Shown: positions 1 through 9,114 of the stretch, piece by piece
Numbering within the stretch: the stretch's first letter is position 1
How the letters are laid out: the number at the start of each line of letters is the position of its first letter
DNA from: Bacteroidaceae bacterium
GTDB lineage: Bacteria > Spirochaetota > Spirochaetia > Sphaerochaetales > Sphaerochaetaceae
Length of the DNA: 28,878 nt
Direction: 5' to 3'
Assembly (NCBI GenBank): GCA_963628205.1
Contig: CAVGEF010000110.1
Coordinates: 1-28,878, forward strand
Notes under the pieces: model-generated
Seen by the model: the letters and a program-made list of their open reading frames with translations, nothing else
What the model was told of the DNA's origin: nothing
The model's database searches: none
Position numbers and translations under genes: made by a program

Positions 1-1
1 A

Positions 2-133
2 TTTGAAAAAGTTGGAATTTGTGCATCAAAGAGAGCCGAACATCTTACTATGGAAGAACTTACATCTCTTTCTCTTGCCTTACACCAAACAGTAAGCACA
101 GCTTTGCGAAAATATCAAAAAGAGATATTCTGA
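2..133 (+). CDS. rsmA: 3' end (partial) of 16S rRNA dimethyladenosine transferase RsmA/KsgA
   Basis: Frame 2 reads FEKVGICASKRAEHLTMEELTSLSLAL...IF* (TGA at 131-133); GI-x4-RAE-x-L-x2-EE matches the KsgA C-terminus. Truncated by the window edge. Confidence 0.6.
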   Translation, partial: FEKVGICASKRAEHLTMEELTSLSLALHQTVSTALRKYQKEIF

Positions 134-137
134 GCCT

Positions 138-1529
138 ATGAACGTTTTTATTTATACTTTGGGATGCAGATTAAACCAATGCGAGAGTGAAGCTATAGCT
201 CAAGCTTTTGAAGAGCGTGGAAATCTTGTACTTAAAACTTTGGAAGACAACAATGGCGACAACGACTTGAAAGACGTAGATGCCAACAAAGATAAAGACG
301 TCAACCTTGTTATTGTAAATACATGTACAGTAACAAGCAAAGCAGAGCAAAAAGCAAGGAGAATGATTAGGCTCTTCAGCTCAAAATGTCCGGTCCTTGT
401 CACAGGTTGCTATGCACAAATGAGTGCGCGTGAAATAGAAAATCTTGCGCAAAATGTTGTAGTTTTACCACTGGACAGAAAACCGGAACTTTTGAAATTG
501 CCTCTTTTTTTTGACAACTTTGCCGGCGGCCTAAAAGACAAAAACCAAGTATTGGAGATCTTGCACAATTTTGTAAAAGGTAACATTTCAAGCGCACAGG
601 ACAAGGGTATTGGCCTTTCTGGAAAAGAGAGCTCTGAATTTGACTATGCCCCAAGCGATTTCACTTACCATTGTCGCTCGTACTTAAAAGTCCAAGACGG
701 GTGTGATAATAATTGCGGTTACTGCCGTGTTCACATAGCTCGTGGCCGGGCCTCAAGCCTTGATGCCAACATTGCAGTTCAACGGGCACTTGAAATTGAA
801 AAACGTGGCTACCATGAAATCGTACTTACAGGTGTCAACCTTACAATGTACGACCACAACGGGAAAGGACTTGGCGGTCTTTTGGAAAAATTGCTGGCAA
901 ATTTGGGCCCCAATATTAGATTTAGGCTTTCATCTCTTGAGCCCGATAACGTTGACGATTTTCTTCTTAAGCAACTCGAAGACCCAAGGGTTCAGCCTCA
1001 TTTTCACATTCCAATTCAAAGCGCATCCCCAAAAGTCATGCAAAGAATAAACCGCAATTACAGTCTTGAGCACTTAAACTATGTAGTAAACAGGCTTAGA
1101 GAAATCAAACAAGACCCATTTTTGGCTTGTGATATAATAACAGGACTTCCCGCAGAAGGAGATGACGAATTTGAACAAACAAAATCATTCTTGCAGGAAA
1201 ACAAATTTGCCATGATGCACGTTTTCCCCTTTAGTCCTCGTCCGAACACTCCTCTTGAAAAAGCCCACGACAGAGCCCCTGAAAGCGTGCGCGATGAGAG
1301 AGCCAAAATTTTACGCCAAATGGCATTGGAAATGAACAAGCAATACCTTAACAGACAAATCGGCCGGCACGTTGAAGTCATTTTAGAAGAAAGAAAAAAC
1401 GGCTCATGGTACGGCCTGACAGGCAATTATATGAAGGTTAAAACCTATACCTCTGTCCCTTTCGCTAAGAAAGGAGACCTCGTAAAAGGAATTGTAACTT
1501 CTTGTGATACAGTAAGTTGCAATAATTAA
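138..1529 (+). CDS. mtaB: tRNA (t6A37) methylthiotransferase MtaB (radical SAM)
   Basis: UPF0004 motifs TLGCRLNQCESE, VNTCTVT, VTGCYAQ; radical SAM KVQDGCDNNCGYC; HFHIPIQS, HVFPFSPRPNT; C-terminal GLTGNY. Confidence 0.9.
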   Translation: MNVFIYTLGCRLNQCESEAIAQAFEERGNLVLKTLEDNNGDNDLKDVDANKDKDVNLVIVNTCTVTSKAEQKARRMIRLFSSKCPVLVTGCYAQMSAREIENLAQNVVVLPLDRKPELLKLPLFFDNFAGGLKDKNQVLEILHNFVKGNISSAQDKGIGLSGKESSEFDYAPSDFTYHCRSYLKVQDGCDNNCGYCRVHIARGRASSLDANIAVQRALEIEKRGYHEIVLTGVNLTMYDHNGKGLGGLLEKLLANLGPNIRFRLSSLEPDNVDDFLLKQLEDPRVQPHFHIPIQSASPKVMQRINRNYSLEHLNYVVNRLREIKQDPFLACDIITGLPAEGDDEFEQTKSFLQENKFAMMHVFPFSPRPNTPLEKAHDRAPESVRDERAKILRQMALEMNKQYLNRQIGRHVEVILEERKNGSWYGLTGNYMKVKTYTSVPFAKKGDLVKGIVTSCDTVSCNN

Positions 1530-1543
1530 CAAGGAAGGATTTC

Positions 1544-2566
1544 ATGAAAAGAAAAGACGGAGTAAGAGTAAAAGATGCAGACCCCATGTACGCAATAGTG
1601 CCCTATATAATGAACAAGCGTTACGATGCCATGAACATGATAACGTTGGATATTCCCGTAATGCCCATAAAAGCATACCTGCGAAAGAAAAGGCAAGAAG
1701 GAAAATTCGTAAGCCACTTGGGCATAGTTGTTGCAACATACCTCAGGACCGTTTGCAAGTTTCCACTTCTCAACAGATTCATAGTGAACAAAAAAATATA
1801 TGACAGAAAAGATTTTGACGTTGCTATGGTCGTACTGAAAAACGGAGACGGCGACATGGAAGGAACCATGAGCAAAATTCGTTTTGATTTAAGCGACAAC
1901 ATCTTCCAAGTCCAAGAAAAAATTGATACATACATAGAAAACAACAGAAAAGAAAAAAATAAGAATGCAACAGACAATCTTATAAAAAAGCTCTTGGCAT
2001 TACCCGGTGTTGCAAATTTTGGAGTAGGATTATTCAAATGGATGGACCGCCGCGGAATTCTCCCCAAAAGCGTCATTGATGCCAGCCCTTTCCATACAAG
2101 TCTCACAGTATCCAACCTTGCCAGTATAAAAACGAACCACATTTACCACCACTGTTATGAATTTGGAACAACCAGCGTATTCATAACAATGGGAAATTCC
2201 AGAGAAGTCGCATTTAGAGAAAAAGGTGAAATCGTATTCAAAACCTGTATTCCTCTTGGGGTTGTTATGGATGAAAGAATTTGTAGCGGGCACTATTTTG
2301 CAGGGGCTTTCCAGAACATGAAAAAGTACTTCACCAATCCTTCTCTCTTGGAGTTGTCGCCGGAAGAAGAAATCTTATTTGAAAAAAAACATGAAGAAGA
2401 AAACGAAAAAAAGAGAGCCCTTGCAAAGAACTTTGTTAAATCCTCTTTAGAACAAACTTCTTTGGAAAAAGAGCCTTTGGAAAAGTCCTCTTTGGAGCAA
2501 AATTCTCAGGTGCAAACCACATTGGAAAATAAAAGTGCAACGGTTCAAATTACAAGAGGTTTCTGA
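1544..2566 (+). CDS. Stand-alone 2-oxo-acid dehydrogenase E2 catalytic-domain-like (CAT-like) acyltransferase, no lipoyl domain
   Basis: RBS AAGGAAGGA; FPLLNRFI, TSLTVSNLAS and LGVVMDERICSG (canonical DHRxxDG); repetitive C-terminal tail. Confidence 0.7.
   Translation: MKRKDGVRVKDADPMYAIVPYIMNKRYDAMNMITLDIPVMPIKAYLRKKRQEGKFVSHLGIVVATYLRTVCKFPLLNRFIVNKKIYDRKDFDVAMVVLKNGDGDMEGTMSKIRFDLSDNIFQVQEKIDTYIENNRKEKNKNATDNLIKKLLALPGVANFGVGLFKWMDRRGILPKSVIDASPFHTSLTVSNLASIKTNHIYHHCYEFGTTSVFITMGNSREVAFREKGEIVFKTCIPLGVVMDERICSGHYFAGAFQNMKKYFTNPSLLELSPEEEILFEKKHEEENEKKRALAKNFVKSSLEQTSLEKEPLEKSSLEQNSQVQTTLENKSATVQITRGF
2441..2530 (+). repeat. Six imperfect in-frame 15-bp tandem repeats (SSLEQ-TSLEK-EPLEK-SSLEQ-NSQVQ-TTLEN)
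   Basis: tcctctttagaacaa / acttctttggaaaaa / gagcctttggaaaag / tcctctttggagcaa / aattctcaggtgcaa / accacattggaaaat. Confidence 0.75.
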
Positions 2567-3455
2567 TTCTTTTTGCCAAGGCTTATACCTTTGTCCTCCC
2601 TCTTTCTTTGTTGAACTTGAAGAACTTGAAAGCACAACTTCAACAAATGCTCTTCTCTTGGACATGGCTCGCAAGGGAGCTCCTTTTGGGACTGTCGTTT
2701 GGGCGCACAGCCAAACAGGAGGCCGTGGTCGTCTTGGACGTTCTTTCTCTTCTCCTCCCGGGGGTGTATATTTGAGTCTCCTCGTCCCGGCGCCCTTGAA
2801 TTTGGACGATGTTGGTTTTGCTTTGACAGCAAAAGCCGGAGTTGCCACAAAAAGAGCAATAGAGAGCTTCAGTAGTAAAAAATGCAAAATTAAATGGGTA
2901 AATGACATAATCGTTGACGGGAAAAAAGTTTGTGGCATTTTGGCTCAAATGGTTGAGCTTCCAAATCATAATAGAGGCCTTGCACGGGGGTGTTGTCAGA
3001 AAATTTGTGATGCCAATGTCGCAACAGGCTATCAAAATGAGAAACAATATGGAGCCGTCATTGGAATTGGTGTCAATTACACTACGCCGGTTTCATGTTT
3101 CAGTGCCAATCTCAAAGATATTGCAACTTCTTTATTTTATAATGGCAGTGAGAGGAGCCTTGATAACGAAGTTACAAGAACAGAAGAAGCTCCTCCAATG
3201 AAAGATTTTGTATTTTCATTACTGGCCAATGTTCTTGGGCTTATTTGCGGAAAAGAACGTGAAGAAAATTGGTTAAAAGAGTATAAAAGCTCTAGTACAA
3301 TTTTAGGAAACAAAGTAAAAGTAATTCAAGCCGGTTCTGTTGTTGGAGAAGGCACGGCAGTTTCCATAGATGACAGTTGCCATTTGCATGTCTTATATGA
3401 AAACGGCAAAGAGGTTGTTCTTTCAACAGGAGAAGTCAGCATAAGAAAAGCATAA
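2535..3455 (+). CDS. birA: Biotin--protein ligase, class I (no N-terminal HTH); start uncertain
   Basis: STN, QTGGRGRLGRSF, KWVNDI, KKVCGIL, GIGVN motifs and SH3-like C-terminus ending GEVS. Confidence 0.88.
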   Translation: MQRFKLQEVSDSFCQGLYLCPPSFFVELEELESTTSTNALLLDMARKGAPFGTVVWAHSQTGGRGRLGRSFSSPPGGVYLSLLVPAPLNLDDVGFALTAKAGVATKRAIESFSSKKCKIKWVNDIIVDGKKVCGILAQMVELPNHNRGLARGCCQKICDANVATGYQNEKQYGAVIGIGVNYTTPVSCFSANLKDIATSLFYNGSERSLDNEVTRTEEAPPMKDFVFSLLANVLGLICGKEREENWLKEYKSSSTILGNKVKVIQAGSVVGEGTAVSIDDSCHLHVLYENGKEVVLSTGEVSIRKA

Positions 3456-3545
3456 AATTTAATTGGCTTTTAACATGAGCTTTGTAAGCGGTTCTTCATT
3501 GCAAGGTTGCGGAATTACAGGCATAAAGCCAAGGTAGGAAGTGTT

Positions 3546-5369
3546 ATGGTAAACAAAGAAGAATGGAAAAATTTTGTTCAAGACAGTTTGCAAAAAATAT
3601 ATGAAGATGCGGGACATGAGGGCGTTTTACAGCCACTTGTCATGCAAGTGCCGCCCAAACCGGAAATGGGAGATTTAGCTTTTCCTTTGTTCTCATATGC
3701 TAAAGCCTTTGGCAAAGCTCCAAACATGATAGCCCAAGAGCTATGCTCTTTCATTGAAAATTTGACAAACAAACCGGACGGACAAGCTTTTGCGCTTGGC
3801 CCCTATTTGAATGTTAAAATTAATATGGACAGTGTCGTCGCTCAAACATATACCAAAATTAAGAACGAAGGTTCTTCTTACGGACATTCCCAATCTCTTG
3901 ATTCTAAAAAAGTCATGATTGAGTTCAGCTGTCCTAATACAAATAAACCTCTTCATTTGGGGCACGTGAGAAATGACTGCATTGGTCAAAGCATGAGCCA
4001 AATTCTCAAAGCTTGCGGGGCTTCTGTTATGAAAGTAAACCTTATCAATAACAGAGGTGTTCATATTTGCAAATCCATGCTTGCATACCAAAAATTTTCA
4101 AATGGGGAAACTCCTGAGTCTTCAGGAATAAAGGGAGATCACCTTGTTGGAAACTACTATGTGCGTTTTGCTCAATGGGAAGCCTGTGAATTAGAAAAAG
4201 ACATTAAAGCAAATCTTGAAAAAGGAATGAGTGAAGAAGAAGCAAAAGCGACTGCAAAGAAAAACAATAAACCGGACCTTGAAGCTCAAGAAATGCTAAG
4301 AAAGTGGGAAATGGGAGATCCTGAAGTCTTACGCTTATGGAAGCTCATGAACACTTGGACCTTGGAGGGTGTTGCCCAAACTTATGAGAATACAGGTGTT
4401 AGTTTTGATAAATATTACTACGAAAGCGACACGTACAAACTTGGAAAAGATAAGGTTCTTGAAGGCCTCGAAAGAAAAATCTTTCAAAAAGCTGAAGATG
4501 GTTCCATATATATTGACAACTCTGATATTGGCCTGGATAAAAAAATTCTTCTCAGACGGGATGGCACGTCAATTTACATTACTCAGGACATAGGGACAGC
4601 TATTAACCGGCATGAAGATTGGCCTTTTGACAGCCTCATTTATGTTGTTGCAAGTGAGCAAAACTATCATTTCAAGGTGCTTTTCCACGTTTTGGACAAG
4701 TTGGGATACCCGTGGGCAAAGGATCTTCATCACCTCTCGTATGGCATGGTTTTCCTTCCTGAGGGCAAGATGAAAAGCCGTGAGGGCACAGTCGTTGATG
4801 CTGATGACCTCATCTCTTCTTTAACTGCAATGGCAAAAGAGCAAATTCTCGAAAAAGGTCGTGAAGATGAGCTAAAAGATGTAGACGACACTGCACACAA
4901 GATTGCACTTGGTGCGTTGAACTACTATATTTTACAGTTCAATCCAAGCAAAGACTTTGTTTTCAATCCAAAAGAATCGCTTTCTTTCAATGGAAATACC
5001 GGACCTTATTTGCAATACATGGGTGCAAGAATTTCTTCTATGTTAAGAAAATATGATGCTGACTCCTATAAAGATGTTGCATTTGAGCCGGCTCTTTTAG
5101 CCCTTGAGGATGAACGTGAAATGCTCAAAATGCTGGCATCTTTCCCTGAAACTGTGGCAAAAGCCTGTTCCTTGTATGACCCTAGCGTTGTATGTGCTTT
5201 CCTGTATGATATTTCAAAAAAGTTTTCACATTGGTACCATGACAATCAAATTCTAAAAGCAAGTTCGCCGGCTCTTGTTAAAGCCAGAGTCTCTTTGTGC
5301 GAGATGGTTCTACAAGTCATGAAGAACGCTTTTGACCTTGTAGGCATCCCCTTCTTAGAGAAAATGTGA
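3546..5369 (+). CDS. argS: Arginine--tRNA ligase
   Basis: HIGH-type PNTNKPLHLGHVRN, KMKSREG, GNTGPYLQY, C-terminal DALR domain ending LEKM; ATG 3546 follows RBS AGGA (the ORF track's TTG at 3507 is less likely). Confidence 0.96.
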   Translation: MVNKEEWKNFVQDSLQKIYEDAGHEGVLQPLVMQVPPKPEMGDLAFPLFSYAKAFGKAPNMIAQELCSFIENLTNKPDGQAFALGPYLNVKINMDSVVAQTYTKIKNEGSSYGHSQSLDSKKVMIEFSCPNTNKPLHLGHVRNDCIGQSMSQILKACGASVMKVNLINNRGVHICKSMLAYQKFSNGETPESSGIKGDHLVGNYYVRFAQWEACELEKDIKANLEKGMSEEEAKATAKKNNKPDLEAQEMLRKWEMGDPEVLRLWKLMNTWTLEGVAQTYENTGVSFDKYYYESDTYKLGKDKVLEGLERKIFQKAEDGSIYIDNSDIGLDKKILLRRDGTSIYITQDIGTAINRHEDWPFDSLIYVVASEQNYHFKVLFHVLDKLGYPWAKDLHHLSYGMVFLPEGKMKSREGTVVDADDLISSLTAMAKEQILEKGREDELKDVDDTAHKIALGALNYYILQFNPSKDFVFNPKESLSFNGNTGPYLQYMGARISSMLRKYDADSYKDVAFEPALLALEDEREMLKMLASFPETVAKACSLYDPSVVCAFLYDISKKFSHWYHDNQILKASSPALVKARVSLCEMVLQVMKNAFDLVGIPFLEKM

Positions 5370-5391
5370 GATTAACAAGAAGTCCTTTTGG

Positions 5392-5423
5392 TAGATTTTT
5401 GTAAAAGACTTTGCAAAAAAATG
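5392..5423. repeat. Degenerate inverted pair of the GAGGTTTTTGCAAAA family at the convergent argS/tetR junction; possible terminator
   Basis: TAGATTTTTGTAAAA (12/15 to consensus) then CTTTGCAAAAAAATG (11/15 to the reverse complement). Confidence 0.45.
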
Positions 5424-5442
5424 AAAAGAATATCCCTCCAAA

Positions 5443-6039
5443 CTACGCTTTTTTAACGGCAAAAAGGTCAATAAGGCCGTCTACAAGGCGGTTTAACTCC
5501 CAAGGTGTATCTATCTTTGTGTCCATAACATCGCCGGAAACAAGTTTAATGAGACAGTCTTGAACGGCACAAGAGAAGAAATCGCTTGCAATATCGGTAT
5601 CATGAATATCCAGCCAATTGCGCTGGACACAGTATTCAAAAGCCACCTGTATGCGAGCTGTTATCATCAAGTTAATCTCCCGTGCTGCCTCATCATATAT
5701 TTTACTGAAAAGTCTTTGCTGTTGGACTACGGCAAAATATTGAGAAAGAGGAACTTCTCCAAATGTTTCAATAAAACTGTTTACCAAAGAGACAAGAAGT
5801 TCCTGAGCGTCCTTGGCCTTAAAGTTTACAACAAATGTTGTTTTTGAAAGTAAGAGATGGCAATAGTCAATAATTGCTTGAAGTATTGCGCCTTTGCTCT
5901 CAAAGTGGCTGTATAAACTTGACTGTTGCATACCTGTAGCCATTGCAATGTCTCTCATGCTCACATTTGCAAGTCCTTTAAGGCTTCCAAGTTCAAGAGT
6001 TTTAAGTATTATTTCTTCTTTTTTCTTCATAATTGACAT
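5443..6039 (-). CDS. TetR/AcrR family transcriptional regulator (start 6039 or 6030)
   Basis: N-terminal HTH: KGLANVSMRDIAMATGMQQSSLYSHFESKGAIL. Confidence 0.9.
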   Translation of the reverse strand: MSIMKKKEEIILKTLELGSLKGLANVSMRDIAMATGMQQSSLYSHFESKGAILQAIIDYCHLLLSKTTFVVNFKAKDAQELLVSLVNSFIETFGEVPLSQYFAVVQQQRLFSKIYDEAAREINLMITARIQVAFEYCVQRNWLDIHDTDIASDFFSCAVQDCLIKLVSGDVMDTKIDTPWELNRLVDGLIDLFAVKKA

Positions 6040-6069
6040 GGCTCGCTTATGGGTTATGTACACCATATA

Positions 6070-6092
6070 ACAAACGAACGTTCGTTAGTCAA
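6070..6092 (-). promoter_or_regulatory. Putative TetR operator directly downstream of a -35 box of the tetR promoter
   Basis: Perfect 14-bp palindrome AACGAACGTTCGTT at 6073-6086, extendable to 20 bp with one mismatch; minus-strand TTGACT at 6092-6087. Confidence 0.7.
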
Positions 6093-6187
6093 CACCTTTT
6101 TTATCTCTTTTCTCCACAAAAGATATGGCACAAACCAAACTCTTTTTGTATAACGTTAAGGAAATCAAATTTAAGGATGTGTTTTTA

Positions 6188-6499
6188 ATGTACGCACTCG
6201 TAGAAATTCTTGGAAAGCAGTACAAGGCAGAAGAAGGAAAGACAATCCAAGTTGACCTCGTTAAAGCAGAGCTTGGCGCAAAAGTCACCTATAATTCTGT
6301 TCTTGCAGTTGTAAAAGAAGATGATGTCAAGTTTGGCACACCATATGTTGAAGGTGCCAGCATTGTAGCTACACTTGAGTCCAATACAAAGGGCGACAAG
6401 GTTCGTGTCTACAAGTTCCACAGGAGAAAGGGATATCGCAAGACCCAAGGTCACAGACAAAATTATTCCATTCTCAAGATTGAAAAGATTAACGCATAA
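6188..6499 (+). CDS. rplU: 50S ribosomal protein L21
   Basis: MYALVEILGKQYKAEEG ... RRKGYRKTQGHRQ; RBS AAGGA upstream of ATG 6188. Confidence 0.97.
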   Translation: MYALVEILGKQYKAEEGKTIQVDLVKAELGAKVTYNSVLAVVKEDDVKFGTPYVEGASIVATLESNTKGDKVRVYKFHRRKGYRKTQGHRQNYSILKIEKINA

Positions 6500-6511
6500 G
6501 GGAGGCAAGCA

Positions 6512-6766
6512 ATGGCTCATCATAAAGGTGGTGGTTCATCCAGAAACGGAAGAGACTCTAATGCACAGCGCCTCGGCGTAAAGCGTTATGGCGGTCAGAT
6601 TGTCAAAGGCGGAGAAATTCTTGTTCGCCAGCATGGCACAAAAATTCACCCGGGCGAAAACGTAGGCTTGGGCTCTGACTATACACTCTTTGCAAAGGTT
6701 GGTGGAAAAGTTCTTTACCACGCAAGAAACAACCGCAACTATGTAAGCATAGTTGTAGAAGAGTAA
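6512..6766 (+). CDS. rpmA: 50S ribosomal protein L27 (short form)
   Basis: [32 protein letters not shown]. Confidence 0.98.
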   Translation: MAHHKGGGSSRNGRDSNAQRLGVKRYGGQIVKGGEILVRQHGTKIHPGENVGLGSDYTLFAKVGGKVLYHARNNRNYVSIVVEE

Positions 6767-6784
6767 TATTGAGAAATAATCTCT

Positions 6785-7852
6785 ATGTTTGGTTTTTCTG
6801 ATGAAACCTATATCGACATTGCCTCCGGAAACGGAGGCAATGGTTGTGTTTCTTTCAGGCGTGAAAAATTCGTAGCCAAAGGCGGTCCTGACGGTGGAGA
6901 CGGAGGCAAAGGCGGAGACGTAGTCTTTGTTGTCAAAAACAACCTTAGGACTTTGGCACACCTCAAGACAATTCGCTCTTTCCGCGCAGAAAACGGCAAA
7001 GGCGGAAGCGGTGCACGCTGTTACGGACGCAACGGAAACGATATGGAAATCCCGGTTCCTCCCGGGACTATAATCAAAGATGCCACAACAGGAGAGATTA
7101 TTAAAGATTTGAGCGGGCTCGAGCGTTTTGTATTCCTTAAAGGAGGCAAAGGAGGCCTTGGCAATTATCACTTCAGGACCGCAACAAGACAAGCTCCAAA
7201 GTTTGCACAACCGGGAGAAAGCGGTGTTGAAATGAGAGTTGGCATTGAACTTCTTGTCATTGCAGACATTGGATTTGTAGGCTTTCCCAATGCCGGCAAA
7301 AGTTCACTCATGAATATGCTGACCAATGCTCGCAGTAAAGTAGCTTCATACCCCTTTACAACCAAAATTCCACAGCTGGGAATGATGCGACTTGGCGATC
7401 AAGATTTAGTCATTGCAGACATCCCGGGCATTATTGAAGGCGCAAGCCAAGGCGCTGGCATGGGATTTAAGTTTCTCAAACACATTTCACGCACGGGCGG
7501 CCTTGCATATCTTGTAGACATGTCTGACCCTCAATGCCTTGAGCAATACGAACTGCTTAGAAATGAACTTGGCACTTTTTCCAACAGCTTGCTCGACAAA
7601 AAAGAGGTTCTGATTGGCACTAAACTTGACGAAGAAGGAGCCTCTGAGAACTTTGAAAAATTCAAAACAAAATACTCAGACAAAAAAGTTTTTGGTATGA
7701 GCATTTTTGACGAAGACTCTGTCAAGCCAATCATGAAAGCATTTGTAGACATGATAGAAGAACCCTCCGTTGAGAAAGGCTTTACTACCAAGCCAAACAC
7801 AGATGCCTTTTATCCCGAGTCTGATGACAGATTTCTTCCCCATGAAGACTAA
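6785..7852 (+). CDS. obgE: GTPase ObgE/CgtA (no C-terminal extension domain)
   Basis: Gly-rich Obg fold FRREKFVAKGGPDGGDGGKGG; G1 GFPNAGKSS, YPFTT, DIPG, TKLD. Confidence 0.97.
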   Translation: MFGFSDETYIDIASGNGGNGCVSFRREKFVAKGGPDGGDGGKGGDVVFVVKNNLRTLAHLKTIRSFRAENGKGGSGARCYGRNGNDMEIPVPPGTIIKDATTGEIIKDLSGLERFVFLKGGKGGLGNYHFRTATRQAPKFAQPGESGVEMRVGIELLVIADIGFVGFPNAGKSSLMNMLTNARSKVASYPFTTKIPQLGMMRLGDQDLVIADIPGIIEGASQGAGMGFKFLKHISRTGGLAYLVDMSDPQCLEQYELLRNELGTFSNSLLDKKEVLIGTKLDEEGASENFEKFKTKYSDKKVFGMSIFDEDSVKPIMKAFVDMIEEPSVEKGFTTKPNTDAFYPESDDRFLPHED

Positions 7853-7878
7853 TTTACAGGCCTATAGCGGAGTGCATA

Positions 7879-8496
7879 ATGGACAAAAAGAAAAAAGTTG
7901 CCATACTTGGAGGAAGTTTTGACCCGGTGCATTTAGGACATCTTTCTTTGCTCCACAATGCCATTTGTTTTTCAAACTATGAAAAATTTTTGATTATACC
8001 GGCAGCATTGAGTAATTTTAAGCAAGACAGTACACCAAAAGCTACAAACAAAGAACGCCTTGAAATGCTGTACCTTGCACTGGAAGATTATAAAGAGCTA
8101 TATCCCAATGACAGTAAAACAAATATTGAAATCTCAACAATTGAACTTGAACGGGGTGGAGTTTCATATACTTACGATACAGTTTTGGACATTAAGAAAA
8201 GACTTAACATTGACGGCCCGTTAGGGCTGATTATTGGTGATGACCAAATACAAGAGCTCACAAAATGGTATAGATATGAAGACTTGAAAAATGAAGTTGA
8301 GTTTTTGATTTGCAGAAGAGACATCTTCCAAAGTCATTGGTCACAAATTCCAAATGATGTACATTATAAAAAAATAGAACCAAATGAAATTGCGCCGCAG
8401 TCTTCAAGAGTTTTCAGAGAAAACAAGACAGTTTATATGAACTACCTGTCAAAGAGAGTCTCACAATATGTCACAGAACATAATTTGTACCACTGA
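7879..8496 (+). CDS. nadD: Nicotinate-nucleotide adenylyltransferase
   Basis: GGSFDPVHLGH, SYTYDT, IIGDDQ..LTKWYRYE; located after obgE. Confidence 0.9.
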   Translation: MDKKKKVAILGGSFDPVHLGHLSLLHNAICFSNYEKFLIIPAALSNFKQDSTPKATNKERLEMLYLALEDYKELYPNDSKTNIEISTIELERGGVSYTYDTVLDIKKRLNIDGPLGLIIGDDQIQELTKWYRYEDLKNEVEFLICRRDIFQSHWSQIPNDVHYKKIEPNEIAPQSSRVFRENKTVYMNYLSKRVSQYVTEHNLYH

Positions 8497-9109
8497 AGAA
8501 CTTAGACAATATCTAAAAGAAACAGTAACGGAAAAAAGATATGTACACAGTGTAGGAGTAGCAAATTCCTGCAAAGAATTGTTGGAAAAGTATCCTGCCA
8601 ATGATTATCCGCAAAAGTGGAAAGCATTTGAGGCAGCAAGTTTTTGTGGCCTGGCGCACGACCTTGCAAGGGAGATGGATGATGGCTCAATTATTGAATA
8701 TTGTAAAAAAAACTCAATAGAGCTTTCACAAGAAGACATCAAAGCGCCGGTCTTGGCCCATGGGAAGGTGTCAGCACATATAGCTAAGAAATTATGTGGA
8801 GACTATCCATTACAATGGTATAAAGCTATAGAAGAGCACACTTTGGGAACCTCAAATATGGACAGTCTTTCTCTTAGTTTGTTTTGTGCAGACTTCATAG
8901 AACCTTCACGTCCTTTCATGAGTGAAAAGCGCAAAAGTTTCTACTTGGAAGCTCCAAGTCTTGGAGCCTGTGCCTACCGCATCTTGTGTGATATGATAGA
9001 CCACAGAATAAGCAAAGGGTTCTCAGATATAGCTCAAAATTCTTTGAATATGAAAAAATCTTTGGAAGAAAAAGGCTGTAGTGCCGGACGTATTGCGTGG
9101 AGTTGTTAA
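8468..9109 (+). CDS. yqeK: HD-domain hydrolase YqeK (symmetrical Ap4A hydrolase family)
   Basis: KRYVHSVGVA, GLAHDLARE, HG, EEHTLG, ADFIEPSR; follows nadD. Confidence 0.82.
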   Translation: MSQNIICTTEELRQYLKETVTEKRYVHSVGVANSCKELLEKYPANDYPQKWKAFEAASFCGLAHDLAREMDDGSIIEYCKKNSIELSQEDIKAPVLAHGKVSAHIAKKLCGDYPLQWYKAIEEHTLGTSNMDSLSLSLFCADFIEPSRPFMSEKRKSFYLEAPSLGACAYRILCDMIDHRISKGFSDIAQNSLNMKKSLEEKGCSAGRIAWSC

Positions 9110-9114
9110 AAACA

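Noticed and set aside
3456..3545. T-box riboswitch upstream of argS (also considered for aspS and proS)
   Set aside because: The leaders are too short and no GGTGGNACCGCG T-box motif is present.
4180..4280. Helical insertion in ArgS (EKDIKANLEKGMSEEEAKA)
   Set aside because: Similar segments occur, as I recall, in Bacteroidota-type ArgS proteins, so it is not unusual.
6126..6150. Sigma54 promoter (TGGCAC) upstream of rplU
   Set aside because: No TTGC -12 element at the required spacing.
6536..7210. 224-aa antisense ORF over rpmA/obgE, and the other antisense or nested ORFs in the track
   Set aside because: Shadow frames of conserved genes, with no recognisable motifs or RBS.
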